From a virus, in IMG/VR virus record IMGVR_UViG_3300027872_000004, positions 6,319-70,318 of that record: a DNA stretch of 64,000 nt, one strand, 5' to 3'. Position numbers and translations under genes: made by a program. Numbering within the stretch: position 1 is the first letter of the stretch; each line of letters starts with the position of its first letter. This document shows positions 1-9,859 of this stretch, in pieces. A model generated the notes under the pieces. That model worked only from the letters and a program-made list of their open reading frames with translations. It was not told where the DNA came from and made no database searches.

Positions 1-369
1 CTGAATGGCATGACCGCCATTTCCGCCAGGTGCAGCACTGCCACAGCTCGATGTGCCATCACCATTATCAATACAAGTCGTTCCTGCTCCGCCTTGACCG
101 CCATGGCCAAGAACAAGACCGGCTGCCAGTATGTTCAATACAAACGTGCTGTTGGACTCGAAGCTCAAACCGAAATCCAGAGCTGTCTGAACACCTAAGC
201 TGGTAACTTCTACTCCCGCATTGATTTGAACTGTCAGTGCGGTCGCGCCAGATGGACTGCCTGCCAGGGAAAAGATATCCGGGTTCTTGACGTTCGCAGA
301 GATCACGACCAGCTTCGGCGTCAGTAACACCGTTTGCTGCTTCGCGACAAATTGCGTCGGGAAAGTCAT
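1..369 (-). CDS. Gly-rich tail fibre/adhesin-like protein, 5' part (runs off window)
   Basis: Not in the ORF track. ATG at 369 overlaps the upstream TAA and the frame is open to position 1: MTFPTQFVAKQQ...GHGGQGGAGTTC...PGGNGGHAIQ. Confidence 0.7.
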   Translation of the reverse strand, partial: MTFPTQFVAKQQTVLLTPKLVVISANVKNPDIFSLAGSPSGATALTVQINAGVEVTSLGVQTALDFGLSFESNSTFVLNILAAGLVLGHGGQGGAGTTCIDNGDGTSSCGSAAPGGNGGHAIQ

Positions 370-1184
370 TAGCTGACATTCTCCAGGGCGCTGCCTATCC
401 AGACATCATCGACGTTATCGTACTGAAGACTGATCAACCACTTCTCAGTAGCGACACCAGGGATCACCGGGATCGTTCCGGTTGTCCACACGTAACCAAC
501 ACCGAACGTGCCGCCACTGCCTCCGGCAATCTCGATGATGATATTCATCGTCTGACCTGACAATGGATTGACCGGCTTGGCAAACGTGAATCCTACCGTT
601 GGCCGAAAACTGAAGACGTTACCCAGGGCTGCATCAGGAGTCGGTGTTGGCCCGCTCGCGATCACGATCTCATTCACTGACTGACCTGCCGTGAACAGGT
701 TGTTTGCCGCCAGACGAGGATACAGCGCGGCCAGGAAGCCACCCAGGGCGAGAGAGTCGGCAACGATCGCGGGTACACCGACCGCATCGAAGACATCATT
801 AAGCACCGAATCAACGTACAGGACCGTCCTGTTTCCAGATGGAACGACAATGCCACTGCCGGCAGAGGTCTTTACGGTCACATCGAACCCAGGGCTCGTT
901 TCATTCGACACGATGTAGAGCTTCTGCGTACTCGGCACCGTGATGTTCCTGGCCACACCTGGATTGCCGGTGATCTTCAGGAACATATTCCTGGCCTGGT
1001 CGGACGCACCGTTCGCTGTCGTCAATACCAGATCGGCCGAACTCACATCCGCATCGAATACGCCAGCCAGACCTTCCTCAAGCAAATTGATGGCACTGGC
1101 ATTATTGATACCGCCCCAGACGTTGTTGTTGCCGCCAGTCTCCTGGAGGACCAACCTGAGTAATGCTGTAAAGGTGTCTGCCAT
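369..1184 (-). CDS. tail/tail-fibre-base protein
   Basis: N-terminus MADTFTALLRLVLQETGGNNNVWG resembles conserved podovirus tail proteins; beta-rich C-terminus; tail operon position. Confidence 0.65.
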   Translation of the reverse strand: MADTFTALLRLVLQETGGNNNVWGGINNASAINLLEEGLAGVFDADVSSADLVLTTANGASDQARNMFLKITGNPGVARNITVPSTQKLYIVSNETSPGFDVTVKTSAGSGIVVPSGNRTVLYVDSVLNDVFDAVGVPAIVADSLALGGFLAALYPRLAANNLFTAGQSVNEIVIASGPTPTPDAALGNVFSFRPTVGFTFAKPVNPLSGQTMNIIIEIAGGSGGTFGVGYVWTTGTIPVIPGVATEKWLISLQYDNVDDVWIGSALENVS

Positions 1185-1195
1185 GATTCTCTCAT

Positions 1196-1660
1196 TTAGC
1201 CCGACGACCGCACGATGGCGAGCGCAGGATTGGTTGGATCTGGAAATTTAATCGTCAGCGTTCCACCGTCAACGGCGACCGGAGATCCGAAGTTGATTAT
1301 CCACATGATCTTGCTTGCCTGGGCGCCGGCTGTGGTGTTATAGATGACAGCGCCCTGCGCTGCATCGTTGACGATTCCCCAAACAGCTCCTGGAATAACA
1401 ATGTCGGCCAGGTCCATCACCGGCCTGTCTGCGCCACCAGGCGTATAGATGACGGTCTGGGCAAGCAGGAATCCTCCAGCTACATAGCCCGAGCCCACCA
1501 GTTCGTTCGTCAGCGCCGACTGGAGGTTCGCTGTCTTCACATCGATGTTGGCCAAGGTCGTATACATCGCGAAGCGCAGAGCATCGATCTCGACATTGTG
1601 GATCCCGTTGAATAGCTGATCCCGAAGGAACTGGAAGTTGGTGCCGGCGATGATGCTCAT
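1196..1660 (-). CDS. conserved virion structural (tail-region) protein
   Basis: FAMYT...NELVGSGYVAGG...GAVIYN...INFGS motifs of a widespread phage structural family. Confidence 0.6.
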   Translation of the reverse strand: MSIIAGTNFQFLRDQLFNGIHNVEIDALRFAMYTTLANIDVKTANLQSALTNELVGSGYVAGGFLLAQTVIYTPGGADRPVMDLADIVIPGAVWGIVNDAAQGAVIYNTTAGAQASKIMWIINFGSPVAVDGGTLTIKFPDPTNPALAIVRSSG

Positions 1661-2331
1661 GCTTTATCTTCCATTGTCCTGGCCGCATTCTTGACCGGAC
1701 TGTAATCAGCCCGCCACTGACGCCTGAGTTCGAGCTTCCTGGCCGGCATCTTCTCAGCATAAGTGGTCTTCCAAGCCTCGACATCTATCGGATCGGCTTT
1801 CAGGAAATGCTCACTCGCGATCAAGCAGGCATACAGAAGCAGGTCGCCGGCATTCGTGCCAATCCAGGAAGTCTGATTGGCCACCGTCAATGCGGTTGGA
1901 CTTTGTATCTGACGCAACTCGAATCCATGCGCCAATGCTGGAGCTGGCACCACGAACACATCGGTCTCGGTAAACTCAGACCAATAGATCGGCTCAGCGG
2001 TGGCTGACTCATCGGGCTGGAAGTCCAGACAGTACTCGTAGCTCCTGCGTTCCAGGAAGCGCCGCAGTCCGGTCCCACCGACATCCCGTATATGCAGGGA
2101 TCTGCTGCCCTGCCAGGTTGTTGGTTTGATGGGCTGAATAAACGCACCGACTGTCAGCGGCCCGGTGACGACTCGATCGAAGATCTCGAAATTAAGATCC
2201 GTGGAAAGACGACTCTCACCAAGCGCAACGATGGTCTGCTGATTGGTAAGGAACTCCGTACTGTCGTCCTCCATCCAGTCTTGGAGAGCGGCGATCAGTT
2301 GGTTGTAGGTGAGCGATAGACTGGTACTCAT
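1657..2331 (-). CDS. head-tail adaptor / tail tubular protein-like
   Basis: TYNQLIAALQDWME...E.RL..DL and DLLLYACL.ASEHFLK pattern; position. Confidence 0.6.
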   Translation of the reverse strand: MSTSLSLTYNQLIAALQDWMEDDSTEFLTNQQTIVALGESRLSTDLNFEIFDRVVTGPLTVGAFIQPIKPTTWQGSRSLHIRDVGGTGLRRFLERRSYEYCLDFQPDESATAEPIYWSEFTETDVFVVPAPALAHGFELRQIQSPTALTVANQTSWIGTNAGDLLLYACLIASEHFLKADPIDVEAWKTTYAEKMPARKLELRRQWRADYSPVKNAARTMEDKA

Positions 2332-5300
2332 AACGGATTCACCTGTGTCATGTCATCGTAAGCGAAGTATCCCTTGGGAAGTTTATCAGCATGCAGGAAA
2401 GCACTGGCGCCAAAGTTTGCTGTCATCTGAACAGCATCGCCCGACAGCCCCATAGTGACACCCGGCCGCGTCGTGTCTGTTCCTACCGATCGATACGGGA
2501 AGCTCGGGTACGTTCCTGACTGCCCTGGATTGCCATTACCATTCAATCCAAGCTGGTCGGTCATCACACCGTTCTTCATGAAGGTCACGAACATGCCAAC
2601 CATGTCGAGCATGACACTGATAACGTCTCCGGTCGTGTACGCAGGCTGGCTGACCAAATTGATCGTGAACGCAGTCCTGGTGACGCCATCGGCGTGATAC
2701 GAAGCGGATCCAGAAGTCTCTCCGACTCGGTTCACAGATTTGATATTGGTGATCAGGCCAAGACCGACAGAGACATCGTTCAGTAGGCCAGTTCCGATAG
2801 CGTCGATGGTGATTTCCCAATACCACCTGCCACGTTTTCGACCAAAACCACTGGCCAGAGCGGGAGCCGGGCCCGAGCCAAGCAATGTATCGGTCAAGAT
2901 CAAACCGGTTGCATCAACAGTCAACGCGCTGCCATTGAGTGCGCTGCCGCTGACTGTCGGTGTTCTCTGAGAAAAACCAGATCCAGCCACAGTGCCTTCC
3001 AACCACTTGGTCGCTGGAGGTAGCGCATACGAGTCGCGGTAACTGGTGAATCCAGAAGGAATAGTGAAGGCGAAGGCTGTCTCGCCCAGGTTGATCGACA
3101 TGGCCCCTGCGGTGCCGGTAGTCTCAAACGACACATTGGGAATCCAGGCCATACCCGGATACATATTCGTCAACGAAACATCAGTTCCCTGGGAGACTCC
3201 GTTCTTGAATACTTCAAGCGTCTGACCGTCGATGTCCAGAGCCATACCCATTACATCGCCAGTCGTGAAAGTGGTCGTGATCCCGCTCAGGCCATGCAAG
3301 GCGCCGTTATTCTGAATTGCGAACGCAACCTGGTTGGCAAGACCCTGAGCGCCAATACCGACCTCCACCTGGCCAGTGAATGCAGAGGTGAAACCGATAC
3401 GAGACTCGACACCGATCGTGGTGATGGTGACTTCCCAGAAAACTTTGCCAGTGTACCGGCCAATGCCATCGACCAGTGCGTTGCTCCAGGCGCCAACCGA
3501 AGTGGGCCCCTGAGATAAAGACACCAACGATGGCCATTCGGTAAAGACAAAGTTGCTATCTCCCTGGTTGGAATCGTAGTAGATGTTCCAGCCATTCACG
3601 TTCTCATCGAAAACACCAGGCGTAAATCCTGATGGACCAACATCCCAGGGCAAGAAGCCGCCCTTGAAGATCTCGGTCCTGGCAAACACGGCCGAGAACT
3701 GAGACTCCAGAACTCTGAAGGTGATCTTGGCCGGTCTCGGCGTCTGGTTGTCCCAACTTTTGACGTAGGGCGAGAAGTAGCGATTAAGATCAGGGCCGAT
3801 GGCGACGTTGTTACCACCGCTACCTGCTCTGCCGAACATCAGGTCGCCGGCAAAGACGCCATCGATGTACAACCAGCAGTAGCCATTATCAAAATCCACC
3901 GCCATCGAGTACACGACCTCGGTTCCTGCGACTGGCTGTGAAGTAGGAAACCACGGATCAGACGGTGTGGTATTGATCGTTTGATCAGTATGCTGCCCAT
4001 CACTTCGATAGCCCCATGACTGAATTTGTGACCCTGCATCCGCGCCACCAGACCGTACATCGACACCAGTAATCCCGACTGATATCAATGGAGGTGTCAC
4101 GCCTGCCGGCGAAGGATCACCAGCAACACCACCGGCCTCGATGACAATCTCGACGAAGTGCTTGCCGAGACGCTTTGGCTGATCCAGCAACACGAAGTTC
4201 TCGTCGGTGCCTGTCTGTGCACCGTAGGCTCCTGGGAAATACGCTTCATACGGTGTCGCGAGCGGCGCTGTCATGGTCGGATTGGCCGGCGATCCGCTGG
4301 AGAACTCAGGCCGATCGGTATCGACAGCTCTATCCAGGAACCGATTGACGCCGACCTGTCGTCTCACCGCGCCAGACACTCCTTTGAACGACAGCGCAAA
4401 GGAGAAATACCCGCGCCCAGCGGCTGGAACAGATAGCAGCTCACTGAAGGTGTTCTCCAGGTCGGTCAGTTGACTGCCCACCGATGGATCCAGGGTCCTG
4501 AGCTTCGCGTCCTGGGTCAAGACCTGGTTGATCACCTGCAATGATTTGTCAGGGCTCACCACCGGTATCGGTGAGTGAGTCAGCGTTGTTCCAGAGGTGG
4601 CAGTCCTGATCTCGAAGGTGTGACTGCCGGTGACGGTCGGCGTGAACCTGCACACCAGGACGCTGGCCTGAAGGATCGCGCTGTAGGACACGTCACTGAA
4701 TCCCACACCCACTGTCGCCACTGGCCCACCGGCCACCAGGTTGGCGAAAAGAGTGAACCACTCACCGAATGCAGGATTGGTTCCATCATCAACTCGAACC
4801 AGCACCGACACTGGATTGACTCCGGTGACATCGCTGGTCCTTTTGACCGTCAGCGCGTAAACGTAGGGCACTCCGGCAGTCAGGTTCACGCTGAAGTCGA
4901 AACCATGCTCCTCGACGATGCCGCTCTCCCTGATGGCATCGGTAATCGAGCCGGTACTGTTCCAATCGTGCTGCAAGAACGATGACGCAACAGCAGTAAA
5001 GAACGCTCCTGCGCCAGTCTCGGTCAGTGTCCGGAATGACATCAGGTTGTTGACCACAGGATCAGCACCCGTTGGCTGAAACTGCACAACCACAGTGCCA
5101 AACCCGACATCGAGTATCTCTCTGCTGGCTTGCGCTGTCTGACGAGCATCAACGAAGGTCACTACGGTATCGCTCAACCAACCCATGATGACGCCGCCAT
5201 TCGGTATGCCACTGGTTGGCACTGGAGCTGGCATGAGGAAGCTGTGATCACTGCCAGCAACTCCGACCGCAGTGTAATTATCGATGAAATTGACGAACAC

Positions 5301-5957
5301 GTTCTCGACCGGATCATCGGTGTTGGCATTCCTGAAGGTCCATATCCAGGCCCTGGTCAGGCCGGCTGGGTTCGAGAAGAACCGGATCGTCTTGGTCGCG
5401 CCCAGGTCAGCAGCCGTGACCTTCTTCCACATGATCATGCCGCCCATGCTCATTGCAAGACGAGCAGCAGATTGAACATCGAGGACCCTGATGAAACCTG
5501 AACTGTTTGCCTTTGGTTGAATCGGTTGAGCGACATTCTCGGAGAAGACAAACAACACCGCCAGATCACCGGCAACTGTATCGGTGCCTGGTATATCGAC
5601 ATCAATGATGACTGGATCATCTACCGAGACAACCGGCCCTGATTCGACAAATTCCATCCCGATCTCGATCGAAAATTCCGGCATGCCCAGTTCGTAACCG
5701 GTATGCATCGCATGCTGCGTTCCCAGTCTTACGGTGGCACCGGATAGATCTCGCTCGGGTGATGGACGATACAGCGCAGTCGGATCCTTCAGTGAGGGCA
5801 GAGACTCCTGCGGATGCTTGGGCTCATACCATTCGGGATCGACGATCAGATTCGGATAGTAGCCATCCGCAATCATGTGCTTCAGCAGCATCTTCCGACC
5901 GGATCTCGCACACTCTCCGAGCGCCCACTTCCCTTTGGCATATGCTTGCTGAGCCAC
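2328..5957 (-). CDS. large tail/receptor-binding protein with three SPRY/ConA-like domains
   Basis: 1209 aa; repeats GKHFVEI/GKVFWEV/GRWYWEI and GDV.G/S..LD......F.KNG typical of SPRY domains. Confidence 0.7.
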   Translation of the reverse strand: MAQQAYAKGKWALGECARSGRKMLLKHMIADGYYPNLIVDPEWYEPKHPQESLPSLKDPTALYRPSPERDLSGATVRLGTQHAMHTGYELGMPEFSIEIGMEFVESGPVVSVDDPVIIDVDIPGTDTVAGDLAVLFVFSENVAQPIQPKANSSGFIRVLDVQSAARLAMSMGGMIMWKKVTAADLGATKTIRFFSNPAGLTRAWIWTFRNANTDDPVENVFVNFIDNYTAVGVAGSDHSFLMPAPVPTSGIPNGGVIMGWLSDTVVTFVDARQTAQASREILDVGFGTVVVQFQPTGADPVVNNLMSFRTLTETGAGAFFTAVASSFLQHDWNSTGSITDAIRESGIVEEHGFDFSVNLTAGVPYVYALTVKRTSDVTGVNPVSVLVRVDDGTNPAFGEWFTLFANLVAGGPVATVGVGFSDVSYSAILQASVLVCRFTPTVTGSHTFEIRTATSGTTLTHSPIPVVSPDKSLQVINQVLTQDAKLRTLDPSVGSQLTDLENTFSELLSVPAAGRGYFSFALSFKGVSGAVRRQVGVNRFLDRAVDTDRPEFSSGSPANPTMTAPLATPYEAYFPGAYGAQTGTDENFVLLDQPKRLGKHFVEIVIEAGGVAGDPSPAGVTPPLISVGITGVDVRSGGADAGSQIQSWGYRSDGQHTDQTINTTPSDPWFPTSQPVAGTEVVYSMAVDFDNGYCWLYIDGVFAGDLMFGRAGSGGNNVAIGPDLNRYFSPYVKSWDNQTPRPAKITFRVLESQFSAVFARTEIFKGGFLPWDVGPSGFTPGVFDENVNGWNIYYDSNQGDSNFVFTEWPSLVSLSQGPTSVGAWSNALVDGIGRYTGKVFWEVTITTIGVESRIGFTSAFTGQVEVGIGAQGLANQVAFAIQNNGALHGLSGITTTFTTGDVMGMALDIDGQTLEVFKNGVSQGTDVSLTNMYPGMAWIPNVSFETTGTAGAMSINLGETAFAFTIPSGFTSYRDSYALPPATKWLEGTVAGSGFSQRTPTVSGSALNGSALTVDATGLILTDTLLGSGPAPALASGFGRKRGRWYWEITIDAIGTGLLNDVSVGLGLITNIKSVNRVGETSGSASYHADGVTRTAFTINLVSQPAYTTGDVISVMLDMVGMFVTFMKNGVMTDQLGLNGNGNPGQSGTYPSFPYRSVGTDTTRPGVTMGLSGDAVQMTANFGASAFLHADKLPKGYFAYDDMTQVNPL

Positions 5958-5959
5958 TG

Positions 5960-6274
5960 CTATCTACCCTGCGGATACCGCGTTGGGCGCCTGGCCCTAC
6001 GCAATGTCGGAGCGGTAACAGGATTCGTACCGATGTTACCGCCAACCTGCGGCGTATTCGGTGGCAATGACAATCCACTGCTCGCTATGGCACCAGGTTG
6101 AGCCCCGGTATTCAACACCGGAGTCGGTTTGGTCATCGCGGTCAAACCGCCACTGATGCCTCCTCTGCCTGCCGGCGAGGACTTGCCTTGGGATGCGGTC
6201 ACCTTCGGTGTGAATACTCGATTCAACGTGCCAGAAGGCTTCCCGCGCTCCGATAAACTAGATCTGCTTGCCAC
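5960..6274 (-). CDS. hypothetical low-complexity protein
   Basis: Fills the gap between coupled late genes. Confidence 0.5.
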   Translation of the reverse strand: MASRSSLSERGKPSGTLNRVFTPKVTASQGKSSPAGRGGISGGLTAMTKPTPVLNTGAQPGAIASSGLSLPPNTPQVGGNIGTNPVTAPTLRRARRPTRYPQGR

Positions 6275-6972
6275 TATCGTCTCCCGTAGAACCGATCGTA
6301 GTTGACCGATATAACCATTGGTGCGCTCTCGTGGTCCTCGTCGTCGGCTTCCTTGAACAGCACTTCGGATTCTGTCACCAGATCAGAGAATCGCTCTGGC
6401 TTGTACTTCTGAGCCAGCTTCGCTGCCAGGGCAGACACGAACGCCTCCTGGAATCTGAAGGGGATGTCGAGCGTGTTTTGCGCGTTACCTGGATCCTGGA
6501 TCTGCTTGTAGACGTTGACGATGATCCGGTCAGTGGTGTTCTCACCGCTGAGCCAGTAGAACATCTGCACAGCCAGGGTATCGGCAGGAGTGTCTCGACG
6601 ACGATCGATGAAGTATCGATCCGGCCGACCGTTCAAGTTCTTGTCATGGATGATCAGGTAGTCCGACCTGGAGATCGGATACATCTCCGTGTCCACACCA
6701 TTACGACGCAGCACCACGGTCTGAACATCGATCGTGCCTACCGGTAGATTAAAGAAGTTCTCATCGATAGCAGTTGGGTGATCGACCTGTTCAAAGGTCC
6801 ACTGACGATGGCCCTTGTTGGACCACCTCGACAGGATGAAACCGACCGAACGACGAATCGAGATGAGATGCTGAGACACGATCTCTTGAAGATCGAGCCC
6901 AGACCTCTCAACTGCCTCGTCAGCATAAGCGGCCAGGTTCGGGTCCGAGATATACGTTCCCGTTGTGGCCAT
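6274..6972 (-). CDS. head-tail adaptor (P22 gp4 / tail tubular A-like)
   Basis: SRWSNKG..QW, ISRSDYL.I.DK...GRP, IPFRFQEAFVSALAAKLA motifs. Confidence 0.7.
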   Translation of the reverse strand: MATTGTYISDPNLAAYADEAVERSGLDLQEIVSQHLISIRRSVGFILSRWSNKGHRQWTFEQVDHPTAIDENFFNLPVGTIDVQTVVLRRNGVDTEMYPISRSDYLIIHDKNLNGRPDRYFIDRRRDTPADTLAVQMFYWLSGENTTDRIIVNVYKQIQDPGNAQNTLDIPFRFQEAFVSALAAKLAQKYKPERFSDLVTESEVLFKEADDEDHESAPMVISVNYDRFYGRR

Positions 6973-6974
6973 GC

Positions 6975-8120
6975 TTATCTCCCATAAATGCCCTGGAGGA
7001 CTTGCAAGCGCAGCAGCTCGCCTGCGCCTATAGCCTCCTGGGACAATGCTCTGACAGCCGTTACCGGTCTTGGCAATTGACCCTGAAGCGCCGTATCCGT
7101 TATCACGGTGGCAGCGCCCAGAACCTCGTTGGTGATGTCATCAATACTGACAATCGGATTCACGATATCGAACACAGAGCCATGGTGGCCTCCGCGAATT
7201 GGGTCTCTGTTGTTGAATCCCAATTGATCGATGGTAGATTGCAGCAACGCACCAGTCACCACCGTTCCGATAACTTGCAACCTGATCGTCGCGTTGAAGT
7301 CCGGAACGATGTAATTCAAAGGCACCCAGGGAGTAGGGACAGCATCTACCGTGCCAGCGGTGACATCACCGCCCAGGTTGTTCTCTGGCGTGATCGAGTA
7401 GATCTTCGAGAACACACCAGCACTTTCAGCGGTGGTCGCGCCACCAGTGATTGATTCGTAGATCTCGTTACCCTTGTGGCCGGCACCATGAATCACAAAC
7501 CGGTTTCCGGTAGCAGCTCCAGCAACGAATGCCTGGGTGCCTACCGGAACAGCCGTGACGGTACCAGCCTGGATCTCGGCCCGGATATAGAAAAACGGGC
7601 CCTGCCCGTTGATGGTGAGTGTCGCCCAATCCGTTGGAATGCCGAACGATACCGTGTTGGTTCCACCGGTCTTGAAGTTCGTGGTCCCATCTGCAAGTGC
7701 GCCAAGTGGGCCCCAGACACTTCCGTTCCAGTACTCCCAGATCACCGTGTAGGTACCAGTGCCTACCGTGCCGACATTGACATCGATGCTGGGAAACCGT
7801 GCATCAGAACCAAAGTTGTAACGATCGACGCCGGCTACCGGAACGGCCGGGAATAGCGTCATATCGTTGGCTGCTGCACTGTTGGCCTCAGCAGTCTCGT
7901 CAACGAAGGCACCGCCATCTTCCGCGACTGCCGCGCTGAGATTACCGGCCACGAATGTCAGGAGGACAGTTCGAGGAACATCCTGCAAAAACGGATCATT
8001 GACATCACCTGCAACGCCGACCAGGGCCAACGACTGGTTGGCTACTGCCTGTTGTGCGACCGCAATAGCGACCGCATCAGCAGCCCCGTAGGGCCCCAGC
8101 TCGTAAAGGATTGGTCTCAT
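6975..8120 (-). CDS. virion decoration-like protein with inserted beta domain
   Basis: Ala/Val/Gly/Thr-rich; motif similarity to 8149-8835. Confidence 0.55.
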   Translation of the reverse strand: MRPILYELGPYGAADAVAIAVAQQAVANQSLALVGVAGDVNDPFLQDVPRTVLLTFVAGNLSAAVAEDGGAFVDETAEANSAAANDMTLFPAVPVAGVDRYNFGSDARFPSIDVNVGTVGTGTYTVIWEYWNGSVWGPLGALADGTTNFKTGGTNTVSFGIPTDWATLTINGQGPFFYIRAEIQAGTVTAVPVGTQAFVAGAATGNRFVIHGAGHKGNEIYESITGGATTAESAGVFSKIYSITPENNLGGDVTAGTVDAVPTPWVPLNYIVPDFNATIRLQVIGTVVTGALLQSTIDQLGFNNRDPIRGGHHGSVFDIVNPIVSIDDITNEVLGAATVITDTALQGQLPRPVTAVRALSQEAIGAGELLRLQVLQGIYGR

Positions 8121-8148
8121 ATCAAACCCTCCTTCGGGTCACCTACGA

Positions 8149-8835
8149 TTAGGCTCTGGCCGAATTGCCATAAGCATCCGATGTCATGTCGCCAACGTAA
8201 ACCAGAACGATGTCTTCAACACCGTCGAGAGCGACAGCAGGATCGTAGGTTCCTCGACGATCACCAGTGGTGTTCGTTACGGGGAGAGTCTGATCGGCCA
8301 CAACCAGGGTTCCGGCATCGGCCGCACCCGTTGAACCGACAAGCAGGTGCAGTCTGTCGAAAAGATTCAGCAACCGCACGTCGAGCCCCAGCACATCGGT
8401 CGTGCCGATGGTCAAGTTGCCCGCTGTCACGATGTCGATCGTGATGGTCAAAACCGTCTTGAACGCTTTCAGGCCATTTACAGCCGTTACGCCGTTCAGT
8501 GCGATGTCTTCGGTGATCGCCTGGCCGGCAATGTCAGTACCGGTGAAGGTCACCGTCTGCGTGGTGTCGCCCGCACTTGAGCTATCGATTACCAGGCCGC
8601 GAGCAACGTCGAGAATAGCGGTGCCACCGGAAGCCAGGACACCATCCATGGCAACATCGCCAAGGGCGGCAGCAGTCGCAATGACCAAGCCGTTCGGGTC
8701 ACCGATGATCGCGTTTGCGATAATCAGCCGGTGAAGGAGTTGAACTGAAACGCCGCGCTTTGCATTGTTCAATGCGAACGCTACGCCAGCTCCAGAAAAG
8801 GTTTCATCTGCATGGGAAATTGTATGTCTGCTCAT
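8149..8835 (-). CDS. virion decoration-like protein
   Basis: Directly after major capsid gene; TFTGTD..GQ.ITE..ALNG.TAV.GLKAFKTV motif. Confidence 0.55.
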   Translation of the reverse strand: MSRHTISHADETFSGAGVAFALNNAKRGVSVQLLHRLIIANAIIGDPNGLVIATAAALGDVAMDGVLASGGTAILDVARGLVIDSSSAGDTTQTVTFTGTDIAGQAITEDIALNGVTAVNGLKAFKTVLTITIDIVTAGNLTIGTTDVLGLDVRLLNLFDRLHLLVGSTGAADAGTLVVADQTLPVTNTTGDRRGTYDPAVALDGVEDIVLVYVGDMTSDAYGNSARA

Positions 8836-8888
8836 TTAACAGCCCTCCAGGGCAGAGGCTTCCATGCCTCGTTAATTTAGCGGAAAGA

Positions 8889-8912
8889 ACTCCCCGGATA
8901 ATTCCGGGGAGT
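8889..8912 (-). terminator. hairpin after major capsid gene (probable leaky terminator)
   Basis: ACTCCCCGGA-TAAT-TCCGGGGAGT perfect 10-bp stem; short U tract on minus strand. Confidence 0.6.
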
Positions 8913-8944
8913 CCTCACGTCCTCAGTCGAGATGACGTGCTGTC

Positions 8945-9856
8945 TTACGCGCCGCCAGGTGTGCCGAAAGCACCGCGCCAGTCGGACCAGCCGAAGCTGT
9001 ACCGCTCGCGAGCTTTGTAACGAAGATTCCCGGTCTCGAAGTCGCCTTCGATACCACGAGAGATCTTCTTACGCAGCATGTGCTTCATGCCATCTGGGCA
9101 GTCAGTCTTGAGTGTCCACTGATCCGGATCAGTCAGACGATGATTCACACAGAATCCATCGCCAACCGTGCCGAGCGTGTAGATAGCGTTGATGTCGTTA
9201 TCGCCAGTGTTCGTGCGATACGGCGACATCAAGATCCGCGTTCCTACGAACTGAAGCTCCGTTGGGAGAACCAGTTTCGTGATCTGCGCTGCAATCGGGA
9301 TGCCTCGATCGTCATCGAACTCGGAGATATCAACCGCCGCCTGCTCAAGTGACGCCTCCGCGAGATCGGCAGGTGTGGCCAGTACGTTCGACTGAACACC
9401 ACCGCCAAATTGCGGATGGGCTGCTGAGAATAACGGAACACCGTCGCCGCCTTTGAACAAGGCGTCATGTCCGTTGTTGAGAATGTTCGCGCCTTTGACT
9501 TCCTTGGTGTGCTGGTGCGACCGCGCCAGAGCGCGAGCGTACTTGTTACCAAGCGAGCCGTAGAGTCCATCTTCCTCGGCTTCCTCAGTGATGGCGAACG
9601 CCAGAGCGATCGTCTCATGAGTGTACCGGGCAACGTAACTCTCTGCCCCGCTGTCGTAGGCAATGCCTTCGCCTTCCGGCTTGACTGGTGCACCATCGAA
9701 CCCAGCCAGCAACACGTCTTCCTCGAATGCTTTCATCGATCGCTCGATGTCGAAGATTTCGCGCCACTCCTCTGGATATCGCTTGTACTCCATTCCGAAT
9801 ACGGCGTTCAGCCCTTCTTGGAGCTGCTTGCGAAAGTCGGATCGATTCATAGCCAT
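8945..9856 (-). CDS. major capsid protein
   Basis: MAMNRSDFRKQLQEGLNAVFGMEY ... YKARERYSFGWSDWRG termini typical of this MCP family; follows scaffold. Confidence 0.9.
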   Translation of the reverse strand: MAMNRSDFRKQLQEGLNAVFGMEYKRYPEEWREIFDIERSMKAFEEDVLLAGFDGAPVKPEGEGIAYDSGAESYVARYTHETIALAFAITEEAEEDGLYGSLGNKYARALARSHQHTKEVKGANILNNGHDALFKGGDGVPLFSAAHPQFGGGVQSNVLATPADLAEASLEQAAVDISEFDDDRGIPIAAQITKLVLPTELQFVGTRILMSPYRTNTGDNDINAIYTLGTVGDGFCVNHRLTDPDQWTLKTDCPDGMKHMLRKKISRGIEGDFETGNLRYKARERYSFGWSDWRGAFGTPGGA

Positions 9857-9859
9857 GAT

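Noticed and set aside
68-379. Tracked 103-aa ORF
   Set aside because: Off-frame; the coupled frame starting at 369 gives a coherent Gly-rich protein
8915-8947. Major-capsid readthrough or frameshift extension
   Set aside because: In-frame TGA nine codons after the TAA, and no slippery site seen
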